A DNA stretch of 60,000 bases from the NCBI RefSeq assembly GCF_963921235.1, contig NC_086101.1, positions 8,000,001-8,060,000 of the forward strand. The letters run 5' to 3'. The stretch's first letter is position 1, and each line of letters begins with the position of its first letter. The position numbers and the translations under genes are program-made. The notes under the pieces are model-generated. The model was not told the origin of the DNA and made no database searches. It saw only the letters and a list, made by a program, of their open reading frames with translations. Positions 13,080 to 26,013 of this stretch are shown piece by piece. The stretch is from Mobula hypostoma. Lineage: Eukaryota.

Positions 13080-13115
13080 AGTCCTGACGAAGGGTCTCGG
13101 CCTGAAACGTCGACT
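13080..13115 (+). ncRNA. Minimal hammerhead ribozyme motif (intact core)
   Basis: agtc-CTGACGA-agggtctcggcct-GAAA-cg-TC-gact. Confidence 0.8.
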
Positions 13116-13211
13116 GCACCTCTTCCTATAGATGCTGCTTGGCCTGCTGCGTTCACTAGCAACTTTGATGTATGTTGCTTGAATTTCCAGCATCTGCAGA
13201 ATTCCTGTTGT
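13081..13211 (+). mobile_element. Short (131 bp) hammerhead-bearing element with a perfect 19-bp TSD
   Basis: tagcatgaaaatcgattta occurs at both 13062-13080 and 13212-13230. Confidence 0.92.
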
Positions 13212-13634
13212 TAGCATGAAAATCGATTTATCTTTCCGCTGAATAAATACCCCCTCACTTCCTGAACTTTCACTTCTCACCTGCATATTACTTCCCCGTG
13301 GGTCCCCTCTTCCTTTCCCTTCTCCTACTGTCCACTCGCCTCTCCTGTTAGATTCTTTCTTTAGCAGCCCTTGACCTTTCCCACCCACCTGGCTTCCCCT
13401 ATCAACTGCCAGTTAGCCTCCTTCCACTCCACCTTATTATTCAGTTGGCTGCCCCCTACGCTCTCAGTCCGGAAGAAGGGACCCGGCACGAAACACCAAC
13501 TGCTTTATCTTTTCCATAGGTACCGCCTGACCTGCCAAATTCTTTCAGAATTTTGTGTGTGTTACACTTAGATCAGGTGGTTCGAACTGTCAATTTTAAT
13601 GATTTAACTGCATCAGTCAACGAAATCTTAATAG

Positions 13635-14014
13635 AACTTAGAACATTAAAGCGGAGCACAGGCCCATCCTTATCACAGACTCAACCTGCAAGTTATCCTG
13701 TACGAGGACTCCCAAGTCCCTTTACACCTGATTCTGAATTTTCTCCCTGTTTAGAACATAGTCAACACCTTTATCTCTTCTACCAGTTTGAATGACCATG
13801 CAATTCCCTACACAATAGGTTTCAATCAGGTCACCATTAATTCTTCTGATTTCCAGTGAATGCATGCCCAGAGCCATCAAACACTCTTCATATGACACGC
13901 CGTTCAAACATGGAATCATATTCGTGAAACTCCTTTGAACCCTCTCAGTTTCAGCACATCCTTTTTAAGATAAGGGACCCAAAACTGCTCAAAGTAAAGC
14001 CCACCAGAGCTTTA
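13635..14014 (-). mobile_element. Old CR1 3' part; it resumes at about 17009-17850 after the younger CR1 insertion
   Basis: ORF 13722..13919 (YEECLMALGMHSLE..GDLIETY); ORF 17453..17968 continues the RT. Confidence 0.7.
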
Positions 14015-17008
14015 AAAGTGGCAGGCCGACAAATCCAGGGCAAGCATCAAAAAGGGCCACTTTTCAACATAATTGTATAAGGGCTAAGAGAGTTGTAAAA
14101 GAGCGCCTGAAGACTTTGTGTGTCAATGCAAGGAGCATGCGTAACAAGGTGGATGAATTGAAAGTGCAGATTGTTATTAATGATTATGATATAGTTGGGA
14201 TCACAGAGACATGGCTCCAGGGTGACCAAGGATGGGAGTTCAACATTCAGGGATATTCAATATTCAGGAAGGATAGACATGAAAGAAAAAGAGGTGGCGT
14301 GGCGTTGCTGGTTAGAGAGGAGATTAACGCAATAGAAAGGAAGGACATAAGCCGGGAAGATGTGGAATCGATACGGGTAGAGCTGCATAACTCTAAGGGG
14401 CAGAAATCGCTGGTGGGAGTTGTGTACAGGCCACCTAACAGTAGTAGTGAGGTCGGGGATGGTATTAAACAGGAAATTAGAAATGTGTGCAATAAAGGAA
14501 CAGCTGTTATATGGGTGACTTCAATCTACATGTAGATTGGGTGAACCAAATTGGTAAAGGTGCTGAGGAAGAGGATTTCTAGGAAAGTATGCGGGACGGT
14601 TTTTTGAACCAACATGTCGAGGAACCAACTAGAGAGCAGGCTATTCTAGACTGGGTATTGAGAAATGAGGAAGAATTAATTAGCAATCTTGTCGTGAGAG
14701 GCCCCTTGGGTAAGAGTGACCGTAATATGGTGGAATTCTTCATTAAGATGGAGAGTGACATAGTTAATTCAGAAACAATGGTTCTCAACTTAAAGAAGGG
14801 TAACTTTGAAGGTATGAGACGTGAATTAGCTAAGATAGACTGGCTAATGACACTTAAACGGTTGACGGTGGATATGCAAAGGCAAGCATTTAAATATCGC
14901 ATGGATGAACTACAGCAATTGTTCATCCCAGTTTGGCAAAAGAATAAATCAAGGAAGGTAGTGCACCCGTGGCTGAGAAGGGAAATTAGGGATAGCATCA
15001 ATTCCAAAGAAGAAGCATACAAATTAGCCAGAAAAAGTGGCTCACCTGAGGACTGGGAGAAATTCAGAGTTCAGCAGATGAGGACAAAGGGCTTAATTAG
15101 GAAGAGGAAAAAAGATTATGAGAGAAAACTGGCAGGGAACATAAAAACTGACTGTAAAAGCTTTTATAGATATGTGAAAAGAAAAAGACTGATAAGACAA
15201 ATGTAGGTCCCCTACAGACAGAAACAGGTGAATTGATTATGGGGAGTAAGGACATGGCAGACCAATTGAATAATTATTTTGGTTCTGTCTTCACTAAGGA
15301 GAACGTAAATAATCTTCCAGAAATAGTAGGGGACAGAGGGTCCAGTGAGATGGAGGAACTGAGGGAAATACACGTTACTAGGGAAGTGGTCTTAGGTAAA
15401 TTAAGGGATTAAAGGCAGATAAATCCCAAGGGCCAGATGGTCTGCATCCCAGAGTGCTTAAGGAAGTAGCCCAAGAAATAGTGGATGCATTAGTGATAAT
15501 TTTTCAAAACTCTTTAGATTCTGGACTAGTTCCTGAGGATTGGAGGGTGGCTAATGTAACCCCACTTTTCAAAAAAGGAGGGAGAGAGTAACCGGGGAAT
15601 TATAGTCCGGTTAGCCTAACATCGGTAGTGGGGAAACTGCTAGAGTCAGTTATCAAAGATGTGATAACAGCACAATTGCAAAGCGGTGAAATGATCGGAC
15701 AAAGTCAGCATGGATTTGTGAAAGGAAAATCATGTCTGACGAATCTCATAGAATTTTTTGAGGATGTAACTAGTAGAGTGGATAGGGGAGAACCAGTGGA
15801 TGTAGTATCTTTGGATTTTCAAAAGGCTTTTGACAAGGTCCCACACAGGAGATTAGTGTGCAAACTTAAAGCACACGGTATTGGGGGTAAGATATTGATG
15901 TGGATAGAGGATTGGTTGGCAGACAGGAAGCAAAGAGTGGGAATAAACGGGACCTTTTCAGAATAGCAGGCAGTGATTAGTGGGATACCGCAAGGCTCAG
16001 TGCTGGACCCCAGTTGTTTACAATATATATTAATGACTTGGATGAAGGAATTAAATGCAGCATCTCCAAGTTTGCGGATGACACGAAGCTGGGCGGCAGT
16101 GTTAGCTGTGAGGAGGATACTAAGAGGATGCAGGGTGACTTGGATAGGTTGGGTGAGTGGGAAAATTCATGGCAGATGCAATTTAATGTGGATAAATGTG
16201 AAGTTATCCACTTTGGTGGCAAAAATAGGTAAACAGATTATTATCTGAATGGTGGCCGATTAGGAAAAGGGGAGGTGCAACGAGACCTGGGTGTCATTAT
16301 ACACCAGTCATTGAAAGTGGGCATGTAGGTACAGCAGGCGATGAAATAGGCGAATGGTAGCTGGCATTTATAGCAAGAGGATTCGAGTACAGGAGCAGGG
16401 AGGTACTACTGCAGTTGTACAAGGCCTTGGTGAGACCACACCTGGAGTATTGTGTGCAGTTTTGGTCCCCTAATCTGAGGAAAGACATCCTTTCCAGAAA
16501 GGGAGTACAAAGAAGGTTCACCAGATTGATTCCTGGGATGGCAGGACTTTCATATGAAGAAAGACTGGATGAACTGGGCTTGTACTCGTTGGAATTTAGA
16601 AGATTGAGGGGGGATCTGATTGAAACGTATAAAATCCTAAAGGGATTGGACAGGCTAGATGCAGGAAGATTGTTCCCGATGTTGGGGAAGTCCAGAACGA
16701 AGGGTCGCAGTTTGAGGATAAAGGGGAAGCCTTTTAGGACCGAGATTAGGAAAAACTTCTTCACACAGAGAGTGGTGAATCTGTGGAATTCTCTGCCACA
16801 GGTAACAGTTGAGGCCAGTTCATTGGCTATATTTAAGAGGGAGTTAGATATGGCCCTTGTGGCTAGCGGGATCAGGGGGTATGGAGAGAAGGCTGGTGCA
16901 GGTTTCTGAGTTGGATGATCAGCCATGATCATACTGAATGGCGGTGCAGGCTCGAAGGGCCGAATGGCCTACTCCTGCACCTGTTTTCTATGTTTCTATG
17001 TTTCTATG
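14015..17008 (+). mobile_element. Young CR1 LINE with essentially the whole ORF2 (APE plus RT), disrupted by several stops and frameshifts
   Basis: ORFs 14116..14535 (NARS, GITETWL), 14589..15206, 15628..15966, 16014..16232 (FADD) and 16415..16909; tail (tttctatg)n; same subfamily as 47457-50173. Confidence 0.95.
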
Positions 17009-17850
17009 TTTATAAAGTCTCAACTTTACGTTTTCTTTTATATTCTACTCCTCTTGAAATGAATGCAAAAATCGCATTTGCCTTCCTCACCACAGCCTCG
17101 ACCTCGGAATGAACCTTCAGGGAATCTTGCACAATGACTAACAAATCCGTTTGTGCATGAATTGTTTTTGTATTTTCTCTCAATTTAAAAAATAACCAAC
17201 ACCTTCATTTATTCTACCGGAGTGCATGGCCATACACTTCCCGATACCGTCTTCCATCTGCTATTTCTTTACGCATTCTCCTAATTTGGTTAAGTTCTTC
17301 TGTAGCCTCTCTACTTCCTCACAACTATCTGCCCCTTCACCAGTCTTGGAACCGTCTGCAAACTTTGCAACAAAGCCATCAATTCCGTCATTGAAATTAT
17401 AAACATATATCGTAAGAAGAATTGGCCCAACACAGACCATTGTGGAACACTGCTAATAACCGGCAAGCCAACCAGAAAAGGATCCATTTATTCCCACCCT
17501 TTTCCTCCTGCCCATCAGCCACAGCTTCATCCATGCCAGAATATTTCTTGTAATACAATAGGCTCTTATATTGTTAAGCAGCCCGATGTCTTTGTCTATC
17601 ATGCTTGATATTTCTTCAAACAATTTCAACAGCTTTGTCAGGGAAGAATTTTCTTGGAGGAAACCATGCTGGCTATGGCCTATTTTGTCGTGCAGCTCCA
17701 AGTACGCTGTGACCTGATCCTTGAGAACCGACTCCAACATCCTCCCAACCACTGGGGTCAGAGCAACTGACATACAATTTTCTTTCTTCTGCTCTCTCGC
17801 TTCTTCAAGTGTGGAGTTACATTTGATTTTTCCAATCTTCCTGGTCCGGA
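17009..17850 (-). mobile_element. Old CR1 RT fragment
   Basis: ORF 17453..17968 (SQHGF, GINGSFSGW) and an antisense FADD region near 17355. Confidence 0.75.
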
Positions 17851-18004
17851 TTTCAGTAAGGCATTTGATAATGTTCCCCATGCGAGGCTCGTTCAAGAAG
17901 TAATGAGGCATGGGATCCAAGGAGAGCTTGCTTTCAGGATCCAGAATTGGCTTGCCTACAGAAAACAAAGGGTGGTTGTGGATTGTTAGTATTCTGTTAG
18001 TATT

Positions 18005-19397
18005 CCGGGTAATTATATAGCAGTGAGCCTTACGTCATTAGTGGGAAAGTTGTTGGAAAAGATTCTTAGAGATAGGATCGAAGGGCATTTAGAGGATCAT
18101 GGTCTGATCAGGGACAGTCAGAATGGCTTTGTAAAGGGCAGATCCTGTCTAACAAGACTTATAGAGTTCTTTGAGGACGTTGCCAGGCATATAGAAGAGG
18201 GTAGTGCAGTGGATGTGATTTACATGGATTTTAGTAAGGCATTTGACAAGGTTCCACACGGTAGGCTTATTCAGAAAGTCCGGAGGCATGGGATCCAAGG
18301 AAGTTTGGCCAGGTGGATTCAGAATTGGCTTGCCTGCAGAAGGCAGAGGGTGGTGGTGGAGGGAGTACATTCAGATTGGAGGATTGTGACCAGTGGTGTC
18401 CCACAAGGATCTGTTCTGGGACCTCAACTTTTCATGATTTTTATTAACGACCTGGATGTTGGGGTAGAAGAGTTGGTTGGCAAGTTTGCAGACGACACAT
18501 AGGTTGGTGGTGTTGTAGGTAGTGTAGAGGATTGTCGAAGATTGCAGAGAGACATTGATAGGATGCAGAAGTGGGCTGAGAAGTGGCAGGTGGAGTTCAA
18601 CCTGGGGAAGTGTGAGGTGGTACACTTTGGAAGGACAAACTCCAAGGCAGAGTACAAAGTAAATGGCAGGATACTTGGTAGTGTGTAGGAGCAGAGGGAT
18701 CTGGGGGTACATGTCCACAGATCCCTGAAAGTTGCCTCACAGGTGGATAGGTTAGTTAAGAAAGCTTATGCGGTGTTAGCTTTCATAAGTCGAGGGATAG
18801 AGTTTAAGAGTCGCGATGTAATGTTGCAGCTCTATAAAACTCTGGTTAGGCCACACTTGGAGTAGTGTGTTCAGTTCTGGTCGCCTCACTACAGGAAGGT
18901 TGTGGAAGCATTGGAAAGGGTACAGAGGAGATTTACCATAATGCTGCCTGGTTTGGAGAGTATGGATTATGAGGAGAGATTAAGGGAGCTGGGGCTCTAC
19001 TCTTTGGAGAGAAGGAGGATGAGAGGAGACATGATAGAGTAATACAAGATATTAAGAGGAATAGATAAAGTGGATAGCCAGCGCCTCTTCCCCAGGGCAC
19101 CACTGCTCAACACAAGAGGACATGGCTTTAAGGTAAGGGGTGGGAAGTTCTCAACTTAGAGGAAGGTTATTAGAGGAAGGTTTTTTTTATATACAGAGAG
19201 TGGTTGGTGCGTGGAATGCACTACCTGAGTCAGTGGTGGAGGCAAATACACTAGTGAAGTTTAAGAGACTACTAGACAGGTATATGGAGGAATTTAACGT
19301 GGGGGATTATATGGGAGGCAGGGTTTGAGGGTCGACAACACATTGTTGGCCGAAGGGCCTTTAATATGCTGTACTGTTCTATGTTCTATGTTCTATG
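18005..19397 (+). mobile_element. 5'-truncated CR1 (RT to 3' tail)
   Basis: ORF 18023..18502 ([16 protein letters not shown]); tail (ttctatg)n; same subfamily as 4768-7650 and 28820-29229. Confidence 0.93.
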
Positions 19398-19399
19398 CA

Positions 19400-20420
19400 T
19401 GGAGGACAGTAACCAGAGCTGTTCCGCGGGGACCCTCCTCTTTGTGATTCTGGGACCCCTCCTCTTTTTGACTTTTATAAATGACCTGGATGCGGACGGT
19501 GAAGGGTCGATTAGTAAGTTTACTCATGACATAAAAGTTGAGGATGCTGTGCATAGTCTAGAGGGTTGTCAGAGTTTACAGGCCGACATCAGTATGATGC
19601 AGAACTGGACTGAGAAGTGGTATACGGATTTCAACGCAGGTAAGTGTGAAGTAGTTCATTTCGGTTGGTCAAATTTGAAGGCAGAATATAATATTAATGG
19701 CAAGACTCTTGGCAGTGTGGAGGATCAGCGAGATCCCGGGGTCCCTGTCCATAGGACATTTAAAACTGTTTCGCAGGTTGACAGTGTTGTTAAGAAGGCG
19801 TTTGTATGCTGGCTTCATCAACCTCGGGTTGAGCTCAAGAGCTGTGCGGTAATGTTACAGCTATATAAGAACCGTGGTTAAACCCCACTTGGAATACTGT
19901 GTTCATGTCCTGTCACTTCATTTCAGGAAGGATGTGAATTCTATAGAGAGAGTGCAGAAGAAATTTACAAGGATGTTGCCTGGATTGGAGAGGATGTCTT
20001 ATCAGAATAAGTTGAGTGAATTTGTCCTTTATTCCTTGGAGCGCCGGAGGGAGAAAGGTGAACTGATAGCGGTGCATAAGGTGATGAGAGACATTGATCA
20101 TGTGGATAGCCAGAGGCTTTTCCCCCAGGGTTGAAATAGCTAACACGAGGGGGCATAGTTTTAAGGTGCTTGGAAGTAGATACAAGGGGGATACCAGAGG
20201 TAGGCTTTTCACACAGAGAGTGGTAGGTGTGTGGAATGTACTGCCAGCGATGTCGGTAGAGGCGGATACAATGGGGTCTTTTGAGAGACTGTCAGTTCAT
20301 GGAGCCTAGACAAATAGAGGGCGATGCGATAGGGAAATTCCAGTCACTTTCTAGAGTAGGTTACATGGTTGACGCAACATTGTGGGCCGAAGGGCCTGTA
20401 ATGTGCTATAGATTTCTATG
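19400..20420 (+). mobile_element. Older 5'-truncated CR1
   Basis: ORFs 19366..19881, 19874..20134 and 20094..20309 give a decayed RT C-terminus; tail ttctatg. Confidence 0.85.
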
Positions 20421-20428
20421 TTCTATAT

Positions 20429-22073
20429 CAGAGGTAGGCAACCTACGGCCCGCGAGCAAATATTGGGATACTATGCTAATCCGGCTCGCGAGCGATTTTT
20501 CCTTATTCTGAGTGTTTCAGGCGACCGCACCGATGGACATGCATGGCGTCGTGTTACACCGGACCCAGGTTCCGTTTTGTTCTAAACCAAACACTGGTAT
20601 GTGCGAATGACGGGAAGGCAGACTACCTTATTAATATGTATTAGATACTCTCCGTGCATGCGCAGGTTTTCAGATGGGATCATTCAATTTTGTAAACAGA
20701 AACAGGGTCACTGTGTTTTCAACGCTAAATATCCAGAGACGATACTTATTCAATGACTTGCGTTTCGAAATAAAATCAAAGAAAAAAATTCCAATGGCAA
20801 TGAATGCAAAATGCAGGAAGGTAGACGCTGGGTGCCCAAAAAAGCAGTGAAAATTAAGGAAATACCCATGCCCGCTACGAAGTCACAAAACGGATTGCGG
20901 AAAAGATGAAGCCTTTTACAGATGGTGAGTTTGTTAGTGGTCATAGTCATAGTCATACTTTATTGATCCCGGGGGAAACTGGTTTTCGTTACAGTTGCAC
21001 CATAAATAATAAATAGTAATAAAACCATAAATAGTTAAATAGTAATATGTAAGTTATGCCAGGAAATTATGAAATAAGTCCAGGACCAGCCTATTGGCTC
21101 AGGGTGTCTGACCCTCCAAGGGAGGAGTTGTAAAGTTTGATGGCCACAGGCAGGAATGATTTCCTATGACGCTCTATGTTGCATCTCGGTGGAATGAGTC
21201 TCCGGCTGAATGTACTCCTGTGCCCAACCAGTACATTATGTAGTGGATGGGAGACATTGTCCAAGATGGTATGCAACTTAGACAGCATCCTCTTTTCTGA
21301 CACCACCGTGAAAGAGTTTAGTTCCATCCCCACAACATCACTGGCCTTACGAATGAGTTTGTTGATTCTGTTGGTGTCTGCTACCCTCAGCCTGCTGTCC
21401 CAGCACACAACAGCAAACATGATAGCACTGGCCTCCACAGACTCGTAAACTCGTAAAGGAATATTTACTGGCAGTGGTGGCTATTGTTTGTCCTGAAAAG
21501 AAATCTTTATTTGCATCTATCAGCCTGTCAGCAAGAAGAATCACACGGCGAGTTGAAGAAATGTCAGCAGATGTTAGAAGTTGTTTAAGGGATGCCTGCA
21601 ACGAATTGCATTTTTTTTCTAATTCCGTTTGATGAGGGTACAGACTTGAGAGGCACTGCTCAACTTGCAGTGTTTGTGTGAGGAGTGACCTCAACTTCTC
21701 AAAATTTTGAAGAGTTTATTCAATTAATTCCTATGAAGGATGTGATTACTGGAGCAGACATTTTTGCTTGTTGAAAATGATGTCAGAAATGAAACTTAAT
21801 GTGTCGAAGCTAATTGGCATCACAACTGATGGGGCACCAGCAATGGTGGGACAGAAAAACTAAACTGAGATCTTTGATTATTAATTGGCATCCTTGGTTA
21901 AGCACAAATGATTTTCTAGCATGTGTTATTCATTATTTTAAGGCAAAACATAACTAGATGTATTTAAATGGATAATTTCCATATTTCAAGTTTTTTATGG
22001 CATTTATCTGGCCCACCGTCCGCTCATTAATATGCGATCTGGCTCACAGAGGGAAAAAGGTTGCCGAGCGCTG
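20429..22073 (+). mobile_element. hAT (Charlie/SPIN/Buster-type) DNA transposon, internally deleted, with transposase remnants
   Basis: TIRs cagaggtaggcaacct and aggttgccgagcgctg (13/16 match); perfect 8-bp TSD ttctatat (20421-20428 and 22074-22081); remnants KPFTDGEF|VKEYLL..., AQLAVFV and TTDGAPAMVG at about 20907-21860. Confidence 0.9.
20935..21450 (-). mobile_element. Rex1/Babar-like LINE 3' fragment inserted in the hAT transposase
   Basis: ORF 21091..21438 (SHPLH...R..RHRKSFLPVAIKLYN); tail (gtcata)n next to tttatt. Confidence 0.85.
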
Positions 22074-22084
22074 TTCTATATTCT

Positions 22085-22975
22085 ATCCATTCCAGAAGCC
22101 AACGATCCTCGTAGGATCATTAGTAATGCCACCACAATCCCTTCAGTCACCTCATTCAGAATTCTGCAGTGTACACCATCTGATCTAGGTGACCATCTGG
22201 TTGAGATTTTGCAGTTTCACCATAACCTTCTCCCTAGTAATGGTAGGTTCACACATTTCATGATCCCTGACACCTGGAGCTTCTATCGTACTGCTAGTGT
22301 CTTCCAACGTATCTCCCATTACTGCTTCTCCAGCACCGTTTTCAAGCGGTCTAATATCGTCTCTCACCTTGCCTTATGTCACTTCATGTCTCTGAAGAAA
22401 CGTTTGTTATCGCCTTTAATATTATTGGTTAGATTCATGTCATATTCCATCTTTACCTTCTGAATGAATGTTTAGGTGCCTTCCCTTGGTTTTAAAGGCT
22501 TCCGAATCTTCCTAATACCCTTCCCACTTATTGCCGCTCTATTATATGCACTCTTTTTTGTTTTTATGTTGGCTTTGTCTTCTCTTGTTACCCAGGGTTG
22601 TGTTGTCTTTCCTTCAGAATACTTCTTTCTATTTGGGATGTATCATCCTGTGCCTTTCGAGTTGCTTACAGAAATTCCAGCTATTGCTGCTCTGCCATTA
22701 CCCCTGCCAGTGTTCTTTTCCAATGAATTCTGGGCAATTCCTCTCGTCTGTAGTTCCCTTTACTCAACTGTAATACTGATACATCTGTCATTAGCTTCTC
22801 TTTCTCAACAATCATTCGATCATATCACTTTCCCCTTAGGATTCTTTTACATTAAACACCCTAAACTATTCCGAACTTTGCACAACACCCAATCCAGAAT
22901 AGATGATCCTTTAGTGGACTCAAGCAGGATCTGCTCTAATAAGCCATCTCGTAGGCATTCTGGAAATTTCCTCAC
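22085..22975 (-). mobile_element. Degenerate CR1 ORF2 fragments
   Basis: ORFs 22185..22367 and 22847..23044 (ECLRDG..ILDWVL). Confidence 0.7.
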
Positions 22976-23532
22976 TTGCAACGGCAAAGGCAGTTGCAAT
23001 CTCAATGGCTCTTCACGTGGCCTTAGACCACCTGGACAACACAAACATTTCCGTCAAGGTGCTGTTCATCTACTATAACTCAGCATTTAACACCATCATT
23101 CCCACAATCCTGATTGAGAAATTACAGATTCTGGGCCTCTAGACCTCCCTCTGCAAATGGATCATCGGCTTCCTAACCGGACGACCACAATCTGTGTGGA
23201 TTGGTGACAACATCTCCTCCTCACTGACGATCAACACTGGCGCATCTCAGGGTTGTGTGCTTAGCCCACTGCTCTACTCTCTTTATACTCATGACTGTGT
23301 GGTTAGGCATAGCTCAATTACTATCTATAAATTTGCTGTTGATACAACCATTGTTGGTAGAATCTCAGATGGAGACAAGAGGGCGTACAGGAGCGAGATA
23401 TGCCAACCAGTGGGGTGGTGTCGCTGCAACAACATGGCACTCAACATCAGTAAGACGAAAGAGCTGATTGTGGACTTCAGGAAGGTTAAAACGAAGGAAC
23501 ACATACCAATCCTCATAGAGGAGTCAGAAGTG

Positions 23533-24201
23533 ACCTGACAAATGACCTGACTTGTCCAACCAAGCAGAGTTCACTGCCAAGAAGGCCCACCAGCGCCTTT
23601 ACTTTCTGAGAAAGCTAAAGAAATTTGGCCTGTCTCCTAAAACCCTCACTAATTTTTATAGATGCACCGTAGAAAGCATTCCTCTAGGGTGCATCACAAC
23701 CTGGTATGGAAGTTGTTCTGTCCAAGACCGGAAGAAGCTGCAGGAGATCGTGAACACGGCTCAGCACATCACACAAACCAATCTTCCGTCCTCGGACTCA
23801 CTTTACATCGCACGCTGTCGGAGCAGTGCTGCCAGGATAATCAAGGGCACGACCCACCCAGCCAACACACTTTTCGTCCCTCTTCGCTCCGAGAGAAGGC
23901 TCAGGAGCCTAATGACTCGTACTTGGGAACAGTTTCTTTTCATCTGTGATAAGACTGCTGAACGGATCCGAGCCGCATCTGGGCCGTATCCTCCAAATAT
24001 CCAGACTTGCCTCTCGGTTTCTTTTTTTTTGCACTACCTTACTTTCCATTTTTCTATTTTCTAATTATGATTTATAATTTAAATTTTTAATATTTACTAC
24101 CGATTTTGTAATCTAGGGAGCGGGAAGCGCAGAATCAAATATTGCTGTGATGATTGTACGTTCTATAATCAATTGTTTGGCGACAATAAAGTACAAAGTA
24201 T
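23533..24201 (+). mobile_element. Second Rex1-like 3' fragment nested in the first
   Basis: ORF 23552..24064 (KKAHQRLYFLRKLKK, NFYRCTVES); aagtg is duplicated at 23528-23532 and 24202-24206; it has its own aataaa tail. Confidence 0.85.
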
Positions 24202-24836
24202 AAGTGGAGAGTGTGCAGTTTGAAGTTCCCGGGTGTCAAGATCTCTGAGGACCTAACCTGGTCCCAACATATCGATGGTAGTTATAAAGAAGGCAAGACA
24301 GCGACGATACTTCACTTGGAGTTTGAAGAGATTTGGTATGTTAACGAATACACTAAAAAAACTTCTATGCACCATGGAGAGCATTCTGCCAGGCTGTATC
24401 ACTGTCTGGTGTGGTAGGAGGGTGGGGGGCGCTACTGCATAGAACAGAAATAAGCTGCAGTGGGTTTGTAAATTTAGTCGGTTCTTGGGTAAAGCCTACA
24501 AAATCCCCAGGACGTCTTCAAGGAGTGGTGATTCAGAAAGGCAGCGTTCATTATTAAGGACCTCCAGCACCCAGAACATGCCCTTTTCTCACTGTTACCA
24601 TCAGTTAGGAAGTACAGAAGCTTGAAGGCACAGACTCATCGTTTCAGGAACAGCTTCTTCCCCTCTGTCATTCAATTCCTAAATGGACATTGAACCCATG
24701 AATACTACCTCACTTTTAAAGTATGCATTATTTCTGTTTTTTGCACGATTTTTAATCTATCCAGTGTACGCATACAGTAATTGATTTACTTATGTGTTAT
24801 GTTAGGAAATGCAACGTTTTAGAAACGTACCAGCAG

Positions 24837-26013
24837 CTCTCAGGATGAGGCTTTTCATTCTAGGACGAGGGAGATGTCTTAATTTTTTAAAGAAAGGGGC
24901 TTCCCTTCCTCCACTATCAACTCTGCTCTTAAACGCATCTCCCCCATTTCACGTACATCTGCTCTCACTCCATCCTCCCACCACCCCACTAGGAATAGGG
25001 TTCCCCTCGTCCTCATCTACCACCCCACCAGCCTCCGGGTCCAACATATTATTCTCCGTAACTTCCGCCACCTCCAACGGGATCCCACCACTAAGCACAT
25101 CTTTCCCCCCCCCCTCTGCATTCCGCAGGGATCGCTCCCTACACAACTCCCTTGTCCATTCGTCCCCCCCCCCCCCATCCCTCCCCACTGATCTCCCTCC
25201 TGGCACTTATCCGTGTAAGCGGAACAAGTGCTACACATGCCCTTACACTTCCTCCCTTACCACCATTCAGGGCCCCAAACAGTCCTTCCAGGTGAGGCAT
25301 CACTTCACCTGTGAGTCGACTGGGGTGATATACTGCGTCCGGTGCTCCCGATGTGGCCTTTTATATATTGGTGAGACCCGACGCAGACTGGGAGACCGCT
25401 TTGCTGAACATCTACGCTCTGTCCGCCAGAGAAAGCAGGATCTCCCAGTGGCCACACATTTTAATTCCACATCCCATTCCCATTCCGACATGTCTATCCA
25501 CGGCCTCCTCTACTGTAAAGATGAAGCCACACTCAGGTTGGAGGAACAACACCTTATATTCCGTCTGGGTAGCCTCCAACCTGATGGCATGAACATTGAC
25601 TTCTCTAACTTCCGCTAGGCCCCACCTCCCCCTCGTACCCCATCTGTTACTCATTTTTTTCCACACATTCTTTCTCTCACTCTCCTTTTTCTCCCTCTGT
25701 CCCTCTGAATATACCTCTTGCCCATCCTCTGGGTCACCCCGCCCCCCCTCCGTCTTTCTTCCCGGACCTCCTGTCCCATGAACCTCTCGTATCCCATTTT
25801 CCTATCACCTGTCCAGCTCTCGGCTCTATCCCTCCCCCTCCTGTCTTCTCCTATCATTTTGCATCTCCCCCTCCCCCTCCAGCTTTCAAATCCCTTACTC
25901 ACTCTTCCTTCAGTTAGTCCTGACGAAGGGTCTCGGCCTGAAACGTCGACTGCGCCTCTTCCTATAGATGCTGCTTGGCCTGCTGCGTTCACCAGCAACT
26001 TTGATGTGTGTTG
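24837..26013 (+). mobile_element. Penelope-like element, 5'-truncated: GIY-YIG endonuclease, 3' UTR and hammerhead
   Basis: ORF 24809..25618 contains CxxxxCxTC, VIYCVRCSRCGLLYIGET, RFAEH, VATHF and EQHLIFRLGSLQPDGMN. Confidence 0.93.
25916..25951 (+). ncRNA. Minimal hammerhead ribozyme motif at the Penelope 3' end (intact core)
   Basis: agtc-CTGACGA-agggtctcggcct-GAAA-cg-TC-gact. Confidence 0.8.

Larger units (their letters stand above)
11722..13565 (+). mobile_element. Penelope-like element, internally deleted (N-terminal ORF region joined to GIY-YIG; no RT seen)
   Basis: ORF 11749..12087 (HLSFLGSCLRR..LVPHG) is followed from about 12712 by sequence similar to the GIY-YIG region of 25200-25618, a pyrimidine-rich 3' region and a degenerate hammerhead at about 13466-13501. 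Confidence 0.75.
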
